Source: a virus
Lineage: Duplodnaviria > Caudoviricetes
Virus record (IMG/VR): IMGVR_UViG_3300036762_000065
Location: 128,001 to 192,000 of that record
Direction: 5' to 3' (one strand)
Length of the DNA stretch: 64,000 nt
In this document: piece after piece, positions 1 to 10,339 of the stretch
How the letters are laid out: the number at the start of each line of letters is the position of its first letter
Numbering within the stretch: the first letter of the stretch is position 1
Position numbers and translations under genes: made by a program
Notes under the pieces: model-generated
What the model was told of the DNA's origin: nothing
The model's database searches: none
The model's input: the letters and a program-made list of their open reading frames with translations, nothing else

Positions 1-136
1 ATATCGGGCCGAATACTCGTTTTTGCTTGCTGTCTATTTCAGCACAAGTAGAATGAGCTATGCCGATACCATTCAACGTTATAGGATTACCTATATCGGA
101 ATTCAGAACAGGCTTGTTGCAGAATATACAACGCAT
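1..136 (-). CDS. Partial small Zn-binding protein (CxxC...HxxC), runs off window
   Basis: ATG at 136; manual translation MRCIFCNKPVLNSDIGNPITLNGIGIAHSTCAEIDSKQKRVFGPI with no stop; not in the ORF track. Confidence 0.6.
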   Translation of the reverse strand, partial: MRCIFCNKPVLNSDIGNPITLNGIGIAHSTCAEIDSKQKRVFGPI

Positions 137-138
137 GT

Positions 139-354
139 TTACATACCGTCTGTGTCTAAGTAGTCGTCTTGGATACCTATATTCTGCTTTCTCGCACTCA
201 TCTTACGCACTCGCATAAGCTCCAGTCTAGCCTTGTCTTCTTTTTCCAATATCTTCGGCAAAAACAGATTCGCATCTGAGTTATTACTAAACTTATTAGA
301 CTTCTTTTTGTTTTTACGTTTCTTCGCACATAGAGCTATTTCTATTTCTATCAT
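139..354 (-). CDS. Small basic protein with N-terminal tag variant (MIEIEIALCA)
   Basis: Start reassigned from 447 to ATG 354, which removes the overlap with 362..706 and has AGGT upstream; Lys-rich. Confidence 0.6.
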   Translation of the reverse strand: MIEIEIALCAKKRKNKKKSNKFSNNSDANLFLPKILEKEDKARLELMRVRKMSARKQNIGIQDDYLDTDGM

Positions 355-361
355 GATGCAC

Positions 362-706
362 CTATTTAGAGAAGAAAGAAAATCGTTTCTTTTTGTCGGA
401 TAAATTATTCCCGCAGTGTTTGCAAAATTTGGCATTAAACACAACACTGTTACACTTTGAGCATTTCTGTTTAAGATCCGGGTCTAGTCCGCTATATACA
501 GCAAGAACATTCAATACCCTCAAACGTTGGCCGTCTGTGATGCGTTTTATATTATTTCCGAGCAAAAAACTGAGTTCATTTGAGTTGGTAAATTCTTGAT
601 CTTTTACCAGTCTCTTACACTTATTTATAGCTTCCCTGTTTTTCTGTGTACGTGGTGTTTGTGTCAGTGTGTTTAAAAACTCAATTAAATGTTCGCATGT
701 GGCCAT
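362..706 (-). CDS. Hypothetical protein with C-terminal zinc ribbon
   Basis: CSKC...CKHCG motifs. Confidence 0.75.
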   Translation of the reverse strand: MATCEHLIEFLNTLTQTPRTQKNREAINKCKRLVKDQEFTNSNELSFLLGNNIKRITDGQRLRVLNVLAVYSGLDPDLKQKCSKCNSVVFNAKFCKHCGNNLSDKKKRFSFFSK

Positions 707-716
707 TTCTTTTTAC

Positions 717-1439
717 CTATTTTTTATTTGCTAAGGCAGCTTCTGCCCACACTCTGTCAGGCATTTTAGCAGAGACCATAGCATCTCCCGTCTGCTTAAC
801 AAATATGTCTAATGCGTCTTCTTCAGACATATCTGAAGTTATTTCGTTTTCTACAGGAGCAGCAGAGGCGAATGCTGCAATTTTAGCTCCGTGTATTAAT
901 GCAGTATGTTCCGCAAGCCCTAGTCCTATACCCTTTGCTGCACTAGCAAGACCTGCACTTAACCCACCACTAATTGCCATTGGTCCTATCACCATAGCTT
1001 CGTGTATAGCCGCAGTTTTTAGTGCATGTTTTTCGTGACTTGTCATTTTCTTGCCGGTAGCTAGTTTCTTAATTCCTCTACCTGCATCTTGCCATTCTTT
1101 TACTTCATGCTTAATAGCTTTAACGATACCTTTAGAATTATCTTTAATCATTGAGCCAAATGTACGTCGTTCTTTGGACTCCGGTTTATGGCCACCTCTA
1201 CCGAAGAATTCTTTTTGGTCTTCGCTAAACTTATTCCAGTGTTTCTTAATGTGGTGACTCACTTGCACTTTAGCAACCGTGTCTTTGCCTTTTTCGGACT
1301 TTTTAGCTTTGTATGCCACTGCATATTTAGAGGTAGGGTACTTCTTAACATAAGCTTCTTGCCCTGCTTGATCCATTTCGTAGAACCAAGCACCTTCTTT
1401 AGTAACGGTCTTTGATAAGGAAATCTGTATAGGTATCAT
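717..1439 (-). CDS. Basic protein with N-terminal tag MIPIQISLS; putative virion-internal protein
   Basis: Shared tag; AGGA RBS; Lys-rich with Gly/Ala-rich hydrophobic segment. Confidence 0.75.
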   Translation of the reverse strand: MIPIQISLSKTVTKEGAWFYEMDQAGQEAYVKKYPTSKYAVAYKAKKSEKGKDTVAKVQVSHHIKKHWNKFSEDQKEFFGRGGHKPESKERRTFGSMIKDNSKGIVKAIKHEVKEWQDAGRGIKKLATGKKMTSHEKHALKTAAIHEAMVIGPMAISGGLSAGLASAAKGIGLGLAEHTALIHGAKIAAFASAAPVENEITSDMSEEDALDIFVKQTGDAMVSAKMPDRVWAEAALANKK

Positions 1440-1448
1440 TTGTAGTTC

Positions 1449-2990
1449 CTATTTATTTCCTGTGAATTGCACATAAGTAAAGCAGCTATATTTTCCATGC
1501 TTTTCTTCTGGACATTCGCCTTTAAAACTTATAGTCAGTGAGTTTTCAAAGAATAGGCCGGGAGCACCTGCTTCTATATCTATTATCGGACTGACAATAT
1601 TTAAAATCTTCTTCTCGCCAAGTGTCATCTTAACATAATTGTCTTCTGTATTAGACTTGTGTTCGTGTGGGAAGTATCCTCCTATAACAGCACGCCATTG
1701 TTCTGTAGCTAATGCTGGTATGGTTATTTCAGTAACGTTACCGTCTATGACTATTTTAGCACTACCTTCTGCCCCTGCTACCAGAGCAGGAAACATAATA
1801 AGAGGTATAAACCCACCGTGCTCATTACACACTCTAAACAGATCAGTGTATGTATCTGCGTTGATACCAACACCTCCGTGTACGCCTCCGTATCTACGTA
1901 GTACTGTCATAAATCCATATTCTTTTAGAGGGTCGTCTGCACTGTAGATAGGAAATTCTAGGCCGTCTGACTTGACTACAACTACGTCATCTATACTCAC
2001 TCTGCTCATTGGCATTTTTGTAGGAAAACGTTTGTAGTTGTTAGGGATTACATACGCAGATTCTTTGTCTAGTCCTACGTCCAGTCCTTTCCCTGTTTTC
2101 CCTGTTATGAAGTTTAAAAATTTCAATTTAGCCCTCAATATAGTATCGTGCCTAGGACTCAAAGGTAGTACATGAGTACCATCCAACACCTCTAAATATG
2201 TAGAATTCTCTATAGTACAAGAGGCGTACTCGGCATGTTCTAAATTAACATCTGTGTCCCTAGTACCGTGTATTATTAAAGCAGGTGAGGTTATGTTTAT
2301 TAAAGGATATCCGTTAGCTTTTAATTCACGTAAATCATTCTCTACGCCTTTTTTGCGTAACTTAGGGTCCATGAGACTATTTGTAATACGTTTAAACAGA
2401 CTTAAACGTACAGGGTCTCGACACACGTTATAACTTAAATCCCGTATTTCCCTACTACTCAAACTACTTGTGCATTTCAGCATCATATAGATTCCGAACC
2501 TAGGAAACAGGCGCACAGACAACTTACTCATTAAAAAGTATATGTCGGATAAGGCAGGCTTGTACGTAAGCTTTCTACTTATGAAGTCATAGGGAACTTC
2601 ATACCGTTTACTAACACCGCTTTCTATTATAAGTCCTATACACCGCTCTGGATAAAGGGCTGCAAAGTGATATGCTATACCTGAGCCTGAACTTATAGCG
2701 TATATGATTGCCTTAGGAATGTCTAATTCGTCCATTAAACATTTCATCATAATAGCTTGCTTTCTAAAAGAGGAATTTTCGTCTGACAAAGGGGTTTGTC
2801 CATAACCAGGTCGCGACCAAGCTACCACACTACAAGCACACTTGTGCATTATATCGTTTAAGTAGGGTTCAATTTGATCATAACCGCCAGGAGTTCCGTG
2901 AATAGCAACTATACGAGGGCCGGAAGCTCCGTATGTTTTGTACTCAACTTCACCCAAGGCTGTATTAATAACACTACTTTTAATGTTCAT
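1449..2990 (-). CDS. Alpha/beta-fold hydrolase fused to an unknown ~200-aa C-terminal domain
   Basis: HGTPGG oxyanion motif, SRPGYG, AISSG nucleophile elbow, HGTRD, late GTH His. Confidence 0.85.
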   Translation of the reverse strand: MNIKSSVINTALGEVEYKTYGASGPRIVAIHGTPGGYDQIEPYLNDIMHKCACSVVAWSRPGYGQTPLSDENSSFRKQAIMMKCLMDELDIPKAIIYAISSGSGIAYHFAALYPERCIGLIIESGVSKRYEVPYDFISRKLTYKPALSDIYFLMSKLSVRLFPRFGIYMMLKCTSSLSSREIRDLSYNVCRDPVRLSLFKRITNSLMDPKLRKKGVENDLRELKANGYPLINITSPALIIHGTRDTDVNLEHAEYASCTIENSTYLEVLDGTHVLPLSPRHDTILRAKLKFLNFITGKTGKGLDVGLDKESAYVIPNNYKRFPTKMPMSRVSIDDVVVVKSDGLEFPIYSADDPLKEYGFMTVLRRYGGVHGGVGINADTYTDLFRVCNEHGGFIPLIMFPALVAGAEGSAKIVIDGNVTEITIPALATEQWRAVIGGYFPHEHKSNTEDNYVKMTLGEKKILNIVSPIIDIEAGAPGLFFENSLTISFKGECPEEKHGKYSCFTYVQFTGNK

Positions 2991-3042
2991 AAGACTCTAC
3001 CAGTACATGTTCAATGAGGCACTTAATACGTTCCATACGCGC

Positions 3043-3483
3043 CTATCGTGTAACTTTAAGTTTAATTACAGAATCTTCTTTAAAGACAAGAACATCCCCG
3101 TCTAAGTATCCTATAGCTCCTTCTATCTTTCCAACACGTTCTATCATTTCGGCATTAGTGTTTACTACAATAGGTACTTCTATACGTCCTGAGTTTATCG
3201 CGTTGTCAAGTCTACGTTGGTAACTTGCTTTACCTATACCTAGATAGTTCTCAACAAACCAGATGTGAGGGAAGCTGTCTCGAGGCATCAAAACAATAAC
3301 TACAGGAAGCCCGTTATCCCATCGTTGTGTTGATGTGAATACAGTAAATAACTCTTCGGACGAGAGCGTTTTGTTCTTATTAATGCTATTTACAATAGGC
3401 GGAGTGTCGTAAGGATCGGCATAACATATAGCACTTGCAGCAAGTGTAGTTACAAGCATTAACCCAACTATTGTTTTCATCAT
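3043..3483 (-). CDS. Secreted small periplasmic-binding-protein-like (phosphate ABC SBP-like) protein
   Basis: Signal peptide; RWDNG...V....GAIGY pattern; paralogue of 33762..34193. Confidence 0.7.
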   Translation of the reverse strand: MMKTIVGLMLVTTLAASAICYADPYDTPPIVNSINKNKTLSSEELFTVFTSTQRWDNGLPVVIVLMPRDSFPHIWFVENYLGIGKASYQRRLDNAINSGRIEVPIVVNTNAEMIERVGKIEGAIGYLDGDVLVFKEDSVIKLKVTR

Positions 3484-3492
3484 ACTCCCATG

Positions 3493-4272
3493 CTATCCGT
3501 CTGTTTGTTTCTTAGTATTAAGTAGGAGAGTTCTCAATTTATTTTCAATAAACTGCAATCTCTCATTCATCTCTGCCTTTTCTTGTATTTTTATTTTATC
3601 CAGTTCATTAAACTGTTCTCTTGACTTCTGTTCAAGTTCTTTCAACAGACCGCTTAATTCCCGTACCTTCAACTCTATCTCTTTGTACTTTAAAGCGTCC
3701 GTAGTTTTTAGCTCGCTTATGAGTTCTTCTATAGTTTCAATATTTTCCTTTGCCCTAGCCTCATCTTTAGTTACAACTTCCTTGACGAGGACTTCCATGC
3801 TTTTCACTATGTTTTTAGCTTCCTCTGCTTGAGCAGCATCAGTAGAACGTAAGTCTTCCACTTTAGCCTTAAGATTTTCAAAGCCGTTTTCTAGTGTATT
3901 AAGCTTAACGTACTCTGTCGCTACCACTCCACTAAAAGCTACTGCAAAAGCTACTGCTTTTCCTGTAGTAACTTTAGTGCCTTCTAACAAATCAGGCTGT
4001 TCAGATTCGGCCTTAGGTGCTTCTTGTCTTTGTACAGGAGACGGGTACGGAATACCTTGACTACTGTTATTATACTGCGGAGGTATATTATTAGGATTTT
4101 GACCTCGGCGCTGATCGTAATAAAAGTTTTGCTCGTAATATTCTGAATTGTACTCTCGCGGAGTATGTTCATTTCTTCTTTGTCTGGAAATATCGCGATT
4201 TTCATGAGGACTATCCATAGAATCATACGGATTTCCTATATCAAAAGGATCTCGAGGATTATTATCGGACAT
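3493..4272 (-). CDS. Single-pass membrane protein with long coiled coil
   Basis: Polar low-complexity N-terminus, hydrophobic AVAFAVAFSGVVA, heptad-rich C-terminus. Confidence 0.65.
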   Translation of the reverse strand: MSDNNPRDPFDIGNPYDSMDSPHENRDISRQRRNEHTPREYNSEYYEQNFYYDQRRGQNPNNIPPQYNNSSQGIPYPSPVQRQEAPKAESEQPDLLEGTKVTTGKAVAFAVAFSGVVATEYVKLNTLENGFENLKAKVEDLRSTDAAQAEEAKNIVKSMEVLVKEVVTKDEARAKENIETIEELISELKTTDALKYKEIELKVRELSGLLKELEQKSREQFNELDKIKIQEKAEMNERLQFIENKLRTLLLNTKKQTDG

Positions 4273-4299
4273 TTTACTTCCTCAATATAGTTTACAATA

Positions 4300-7200
4300 T
4301 TATACTACCTGTATGTTTGATACAGTGCCGCTACTAGGCCAAATATCATATAGTTCAGAACTAATACGCCAGAAAAAGCGAGTAACGTTTTGCGAACTGT
4401 AATAATTTAATACAGCATCCTCTGCATAATATCTGCCTATATTGGAGATTTCCATATAATTAAAACTTTGCAATGGTACGTTACCGCTTAAAATGATTTC
4501 AATGTTTGTGTCTAAAGTATTTCTGTCTCTTTTTACCAGTATGGCCTTTATCAATCTGCCATTAACGGATGCTCCGTTCAACATAGCGCCCATTGCAGGG
4601 TGAATGCCAGAAATTAACGCTGAATACCCTTTTCTATCTACAGTAGCCCCTGATGTATTTAATGCTGTTGTTATGCTAGTGTTTGCACTAAATATTTCTG
4701 TGCTAATACTAGCTTGTACTGTGTTTGTAGGGAAAGCTAATCCTGTTATGTTGTTACCTGCAGCATGTTTAGATGTAGAGTCTCCACCGTTTTTGTATTT
4801 TGATACGTCCCAAGTAAAGTCTGTATGTTGTCCGCTTCCGGCGTTACCTATTGATGCAGTCTGTGAGGAGTATGTACCCCAACCAGGTATACGTATAGCT
4901 CCTATGTCGGAGTTAGTCAGCCCCTGCTGGTGCAATTGTAGCCAAAATTTATCTCCTGTTGCACCGAGCGTCGGACTACCTGATGAGTAGCAACCTATAG
5001 CAGTTATCTCAGGTACGCCTTGCGTACCGGTGTTTATAGCTGCGCCTATTCTTCTGATTGTCGGATAATTAACAAACCCGTTAGCTTCTGAAGTCCCTAA
5101 GTTCACAGGAGCTGAGGCAGGTAAGATAACAAGATCCGTATCTGAATACCATGCCTGGTTATTCATTTCCACACTGATGAAACCGTCGTTGCTGATTAAA
5201 TCATACTGATCAGCAGTTATAGTCCAGCTATATATAGTTTCTCCTTGGACGCTGTACTCCTTGGCACTAGACGAGTACAGTAGAGTTCCTATACGGTGTA
5301 CGTATATAGAATCAAAAAGATCAAAAGACAGTCTCTCGCCTTCGAAAACTATTCTAATAGTATACGTATTAGAATAGTTCCTGTAAATAATAACCTCTAT
5401 GGTGTCTAACCCTATATGTATAGGACTGTCTATAGTGCCTCCTTGATCAGGTGCAGGAATAGTAAAATTCTGCGAATTAAATGTTTCATACCAGTTTCTC
5501 CAGAAACCGTATACATCATGACGAGAAACCCCGTTAGTGTCGTAGTTTGCACTGTCTCCTGTTACAACACTTCTATTAGTAAGAGTCTGTGCTGGTATAG
5601 TGCCGCCAATCCACTTCATTTGAAAAACAACGCTCTGTGTGTAAAGAGCATTAGCAGAATTGAACAACTCCTGGCCTATAGGCCACACCCACGCAGAATC
5701 AGTGCCTAAGAAAGTAGGTTGAAAGTTACCTCCCTGTAGATTATCTGTATAGAATCGACCTACGCCTTTTATTTCTATGTAATCAAAGTGATTTTGAGGC
5801 AACCCAGTCTGCCGCAAAGATAAGTATAACAATCTTGTATTGGAGCCAGTGTCTTGATAAAAGATGATAGTACCTAACTGCACACCGTTTACCAGATCGT
5901 TAGCTTGTATGCTATCTCCAGTAAGCTGGGAATGTCCGACGCTAGGATGAACGTAGCCTGCCCACGTCTGTGTAGCATTAGATGTACGTCCTACTGTAAG
6001 ACGTTTGTTGAATACTGCCGACCTTAAGTCTAAATTAATTACAGTAGGAATAACAGGGAAGTTTAAACCTGATTTGTTGTTTGCAAATTTACTGATATCC
6101 CACTCCCACTGACAATGTGAGTTAGAAGCATTATTAGTGAGAGTCGCGGAATCCGAAGCTAAATCCGCAAAGTTTGGAATACGCACACACCCGAATATAT
6201 TTTTAGGTATATCAACAGCATTCAATTGAATACGAAATTTATCATCTCCTCCTAACGTACTGTTTACAGGACTGTAACAGTCTATTGCCGTTATTTCGTA
6301 TGAAGGTATTTGTGTGTCTGTATTTAAGCAGGCACCTACATGAAAATTGTTGAAGTACCTGGAGAATCCTTTATAGTCTCTGCCTGAAACAGCATAATCT
6401 CTACCGGCTTGTGTTGGCAATAAAACCAAGTCTACGTTGCTTGTCCAGTTTTGATTGTTTATCTCTACACTGATACCACCGTCTGCAATTATCTGGTTAT
6501 ACTGAAATGCTGATATATTCCAGCGCCAGTATGTACGTAAGTTGTCTGTAGTGACAAACGAACTTGTTTCGCCAGAAAGAAGCACACCCAGACGAAATAC
6601 AGTTAACGAATCGAATAAATCTTGGGCTAATCCTGCTCCTTCTACGGCAAAGCTAAAATAATACTCGTCCGCATTTCCTACATTGCCGTGATCTCTAAAA
6701 ACAACAGCTTGTTGTACTATCAAACCGTTTTGTATTGTATCAGTGCTGATACTGCCTCCGTCTGCGGATGCTGGCTCCGTCTGTGTAGGCAGATCGTTGA
6801 ATCCTGACCAATAGCCTGTAATATCATACGTGTTGTTCGAAGTATAGCTTTCGCTGGCAGAAGTTATTAAAATACGCTCGTCCAAGGACTGTATTGGAGG
6901 ATATTCTAGTATAGGACCTGCTTCTTTACCTTCAAACACAAGCTGTACTTTTAAATTATTGCCTGTCTTAATACTACCTACTTGTGTTATATCTAAACTA
7001 AAAACATCATTGACTTCTCCTGTAACATACAGAGGATCAGTAGTGCCAGTATTATAGACGGTTCCTATGTTAGCGCCCGGTGCTATATAAATGTCGGCTA
7101 CATTAACGCCATTTTTCTTCAACAGAGCTAACACAGGACTGCCTGTAGGAGAATCCCCTATTGTTGCATTTGCACCAGTTATTGTGATTGGAGAAGCGGC

Positions 7201-7329
7201 TTTATATCTACATGCGTTATTTCTTACAGCAAAGCCTGTTGACATATCTACCAACACACTATCCTGTACGACACTAAGAAATGATATATCAGCACCTAGG
7301 CCGACTTTAATTACGTTATCGAATTTCAT
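4300..7329 (-). CDS. Large tail fibre / receptor-binding-like protein with internal duplication
   Basis: 1009 aa, beta-rich; N-terminal P.G....KKNG domain; two homologous ~420-aa halves. Confidence 0.7.
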   Translation of the reverse strand: MKFDNVIKVGLGADISFLSVVQDSVLVDMSTGFAVRNNACRYKAASPITITGANATIGDSPTGSPVLALLKKNGVNVADIYIAPGANIGTVYNTGTTDPLYVTGEVNDVFSLDITQVGSIKTGNNLKVQLVFEGKEAGPILEYPPIQSLDERILITSASESYTSNNTYDITGYWSGFNDLPTQTEPASADGGSISTDTIQNGLIVQQAVVFRDHGNVGNADEYYFSFAVEGAGLAQDLFDSLTVFRLGVLLSGETSSFVTTDNLRTYWRWNISAFQYNQIIADGGISVEINNQNWTSNVDLVLLPTQAGRDYAVSGRDYKGFSRYFNNFHVGACLNTDTQIPSYEITAIDCYSPVNSTLGGDDKFRIQLNAVDIPKNIFGCVRIPNFADLASDSATLTNNASNSHCQWEWDISKFANNKSGLNFPVIPTVINLDLRSAVFNKRLTVGRTSNATQTWAGYVHPSVGHSQLTGDSIQANDLVNGVQLGTIIFYQDTGSNTRLLYLSLRQTGLPQNHFDYIEIKGVGRFYTDNLQGGNFQPTFLGTDSAWVWPIGQELFNSANALYTQSVVFQMKWIGGTIPAQTLTNRSVVTGDSANYDTNGVSRHDVYGFWRNWYETFNSQNFTIPAPDQGGTIDSPIHIGLDTIEVIIYRNYSNTYTIRIVFEGERLSFDLFDSIYVHRIGTLLYSSSAKEYSVQGETIYSWTITADQYDLISNDGFISVEMNNQAWYSDTDLVILPASAPVNLGTSEANGFVNYPTIRRIGAAINTGTQGVPEITAIGCYSSGSPTLGATGDKFWLQLHQQGLTNSDIGAIRIPGWGTYSSQTASIGNAGSGQHTDFTWDVSKYKNGGDSTSKHAAGNNITGLAFPTNTVQASISTEIFSANTSITTALNTSGATVDRKGYSALISGIHPAMGAMLNGASVNGRLIKAILVKRDRNTLDTNIEIILSGNVPLQSFNYMEISNIGRYYAEDAVLNYYSSQNVTRFFWRISSELYDIWPSSGTVSNIQVV

Positions 7330-7337
7330 GATATTAC

Positions 7338-7733
7338 CTACACTACGGAATAATTTATCTGCACAACAAGATCGCGACCTTGGAACGTAGTACCTACTTG
7401 CAACACATCTACAGAAATATTATCTGTATTAGTCAGAGAGGAGCTTGTTAGGCTACCTACAGGTACCGTAATTTCAACATCTCCTGCAGGTAATACAATA
7501 GGACTGTCTATCAAAGCAATGCCGTTCTTTTTAATACTGATCTGTATGTCATTACCTATTGCCGCAGCACCTACAGACACAACTATATCTGTAATAGCAA
7601 TATGAGCGTTCGGATACCAACGACTGAAATTATTAGACACACTCAGGTTGCCTGAAAACACAATAGACTTGGAGCCTATCAAGCCTGTTGTTATGTTGGT
7701 ATTCGGTAAAGCGTTAAGTCCATCCACTAGCAT
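7338..7733 (-). CDS. Virion structural protein (stand-alone KKNG domain)
   Basis: Homologous to the N-termini of 4300..7329 and 7743..9461. Confidence 0.65.
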   Translation of the reverse strand: MLVDGLNALPNTNITTGLIGSKSIVFSGNLSVSNNFSRWYPNAHIAITDIVVSVGAAAIGNDIQISIKKNGIALIDSPIVLPAGDVEITVPVGSLTSSSLTNTDNISVDVLQVGTTFQGRDLVVQINYSVV

Positions 7734-7742
7734 AATATACTC

Positions 7743-9461
7743 CTACGGATTGATGTAAAACATAATAGCTGGCGAAGTACTTGGCCATTCTGTGAACTTC
7801 TGAAGGCTGATATGCCAAATGAAACGAGTGTTGTTATTAGCTACAAAATTTGTTATTTCTGCATCCTGTACATAGAATCTTCCAAATCCGTCTATATCAA
7901 TCCAACTGAAAAGCGTGTTATTGTGTTGTCCGTCGAAGGCTATTTGGAACAAGATGCCCGCATCATTAGCTCGTGCGTCTACAACACCAAGTCTATTTAT
8001 TATTTCAGATCCTTGCCAGTTCCTGGAACTAATAGATCCTACACCTGTTTGATATCCTGTTGCCGCCTGATAAAACTTGTAATTATTGGAGTTGGACGTA
8101 AGAGTACCCATAGTTACACTTCTGTTGTAAGTGTAGAATTCCGTATCTATAGTAACAACAGCTTTAGTCAAATCTACAGCAGTTTTAGGCATAACATAAG
8201 GTTGTTCTCTACTCAATGTCCAATACCATGCAGTAGACGCAAAGTCGCTCAAATATTGAAAATCCCCGGGAATAGAAGCAGACCCTGCAAATACACCAAA
8301 CCCTTCTATTCTAACAGCCCCTAAAAATGTCTTGGCTCTATTTCCAGACAAGAAAACAGACAACACTTCACCAGTACCGTTAAATGCTCCGTTGGTTGGC
8401 ACACTTGTTTTATATATAGCTAAATAACGACATACACTTCCATTAAAATCATTATTCAGTAGCATACCTATTTGACCGCGTGCGGACAGGTAGTTAATGT
8501 TAGATGTACCAACTAGACCCTTAAACCCTGTCAACCTATATGCACCGTCTAAAATAGGAGTGCATGGAATCAACATTGATTCCGTTGTTTCTAAATCTGG
8601 ATTTTTCTTAATTCGTATATTATCTGTAGGACTCGCTTTAAATGATTTAAACTGGTCGTCTGTTAAATTCCAACACCAGGTTGTCATGTTTGTATTCTGC
8701 GTCTGTCCGTAGAATGCCATGTCAGGAGATGATAATCTTCCTAGACTCTCTATGTAGATATCGTCAAAATACTGCTCCGGTATATAAGCACCTTGTATAC
8801 ATATATTCAAATGGTAGGTATTGGCTGTTTTGTTATGATATGCTAGTATCTCTTTAATACGCAATCCACTGACAAAATCACCACTTATCGTTCCAAAAGA
8901 TGCCGCAGCAGGAACTTGCATTAGCGTATATGACAACCTGTCTTCAGCATACCCGTTGAATTCGTAGGTATTAACCGCATCAGCAGCATTTATATTTAAT
9001 GCTTTGGTGAAGGCTATACTGTCGAAGAAAGTGTTGTTTAGAATCTGGGTTAATGTTGTGCTAGGGTCATGTATCGTCTGATAGTTTATCTGTACATTTA
9101 TGTTGCTACCAGGCACTGTCGAACCAACTTGCTTCACTTCAACTTGGAGTTTATCTCCAGCAATTACGTCTTTTGTGAGTAATTGTGAGGTGTTTACAAA
9201 AACATAACTGCTTCCTTGTGGAATTACAATGGTGTTTTGTAGTATAGACACACCATTTTTCTTTAAGACAAGTATTATGTCACTTCCAGAAGGAGGTACG
9301 CTTAGGGATATATGAATACCTGCTATAATACAATCTTCAAAAGATATCCATAGCAAACTATCTTCATTGGCGTTTAGCGTACCTTGAATACCTAGATCAA
9401 CGCTGCCTGATACGCCTACTATCTGAGCGTATTCTGATAAAGTCAAACTATCTACGTACAT
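7743..9461 (-). CDS. Tail fibre-like protein, paralogue of 4300..7329
   Basis: Same N-terminal domain and one copy of the repeated unit (F..I.I.G.GRFY..DA....TRF.W). Confidence 0.7.
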   Translation of the reverse strand: MYVDSLTLSEYAQIVGVSGSVDLGIQGTLNANEDSLLWISFEDCIIAGIHISLSVPPSGSDIILVLKKNGVSILQNTIVIPQGSSYVFVNTSQLLTKDVIAGDKLQVEVKQVGSTVPGSNINVQINYQTIHDPSTTLTQILNNTFFDSIAFTKALNINAADAVNTYEFNGYAEDRLSYTLMQVPAAASFGTISGDFVSGLRIKEILAYHNKTANTYHLNICIQGAYIPEQYFDDIYIESLGRLSSPDMAFYGQTQNTNMTTWCWNLTDDQFKSFKASPTDNIRIKKNPDLETTESMLIPCTPILDGAYRLTGFKGLVGTSNINYLSARGQIGMLLNNDFNGSVCRYLAIYKTSVPTNGAFNGTGEVLSVFLSGNRAKTFLGAVRIEGFGVFAGSASIPGDFQYLSDFASTAWYWTLSREQPYVMPKTAVDLTKAVVTIDTEFYTYNRSVTMGTLTSNSNNYKFYQAATGYQTGVGSISSRNWQGSEIINRLGVVDARANDAGILFQIAFDGQHNNTLFSWIDIDGFGRFYVQDAEITNFVANNNTRFIWHISLQKFTEWPSTSPAIMFYINP

Positions 9462-9488
9462 ATTGTTTTACCGAGTTTGTAGGGAAAC

Positions 9489-9524
9489 AAAAAACGGGTA
9501 TGGAGTCGAAACTCACATACCCGT
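9489..9524 (-). terminator. Intrinsic terminator
   Basis: ACGGGTATG...CATACCCGT stem followed by a T-run on the minus strand, just after the stop of 9528..10097. Confidence 0.7.
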
Positions 9525-9527
9525 ATT

Positions 9528-10097
9528 CTAGGCTAATGAGCCTGCAAATGTATACGAAACATCAGCTAATGTAGAGTCTGCCGGAGTAGGTGCTACTACA
9601 ATAAGAGATTCTCCGGTAGTAACATACATAGGATTAGACCCTACTTGAGAGAATGTTCCTACAGTATTACCTGCTTCAAATATTATACTTCCTATAGTAG
9701 CTTCAGTACCTTGGCGTGATATTTTCTTTATACTTAAAGTGGTTTGTGCTGTTGCTCCTACTACAGAACGGGCTAAACACCCTTCAAACCCTATCTTTAT
9801 AACAAAGCTTCTAACTGCCAGTGCTCTTGATAGTACAGTACCTGATGACATTGTACCGACAACCTGGCCACCTACATCATAAGGCACTGCACTGTTATCA
9901 GGACTGTTTGATATCCAGTCAACATCGGTAGCGTTGTATGTATATATACCAGGATTCTTTCCGTTATATAGTTCAGTTAGTTCAAAAACATCACCTTGAG
10001 AAGGGCTGCCTGGAAAAGCAACTCCTCGTTTTGTAGCATCCAGCACCGTTTTACTTATGTTACTACCGTCAGCAAGTAAAATACCATCTATCAACAT
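9528..10097 (-). CDS. Virion structural / fibre-associated protein
   Basis: G.AFP..P..GD.F N-terminal motif shared with 49422..50054; C-terminal domain related to 7338..7733. Confidence 0.65.
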   Translation of the reverse strand: MLIDGILLADGSNISKTVLDATKRGVAFPGSPSQGDVFELTELYNGKNPGIYTYNATDVDWISNSPDNSAVPYDVGGQVVGTMSSGTVLSRALAVRSFVIKIGFEGCLARSVVGATAQTTLSIKKISRQGTEATIGSIIFEAGNTVGTFSQVGSNPMYVTTGESLIVVAPTPADSTLADVSYTFAGSLA

Positions 10098-10108
10098 AAC
10101 ATTTCCCC

Positions 10109-10327
10109 CTAGTGAATAGAACAGGTACCTGTTCTAGCGACGGACCATGTTATTTTAACGTTCATTGAGTCTATTGCTTCGACAGATACAGGTAAAACCT
10201 TTTGGACCTTTAAATCAATCGTTACATGACAATCACAAACCGGAGAGAGTGTATTCAAATTATGAGTTATGATCCACTCGGTCGCTGCTTCGGTTTGCTC
10301 ATGGTAGTGCTTATAAGAAGCATTCAT
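10109..10327 (-). CDS. Small structural protein (H.Q...A..W.I.HNL domain)
   Basis: Domain repeated in the three adjacent genes. Confidence 0.7.
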   Translation of the reverse strand: MNASYKHYHEQTEAATEWIITHNLNTLSPVCDCHVTIDLKVQKVLPVSVEAIDSMNVKITWSVARTGTCSIH

Positions 10328-10339
10328 GATATCTCTCCG

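Noticed and set aside
4300-9461. Diversity-generating retroelement target/template repeats in fibre genes
   Set aside because: Repeats are diverged protein-level paralogy, not near-identical DNA differing at adenines; no reverse transcriptase in the window.
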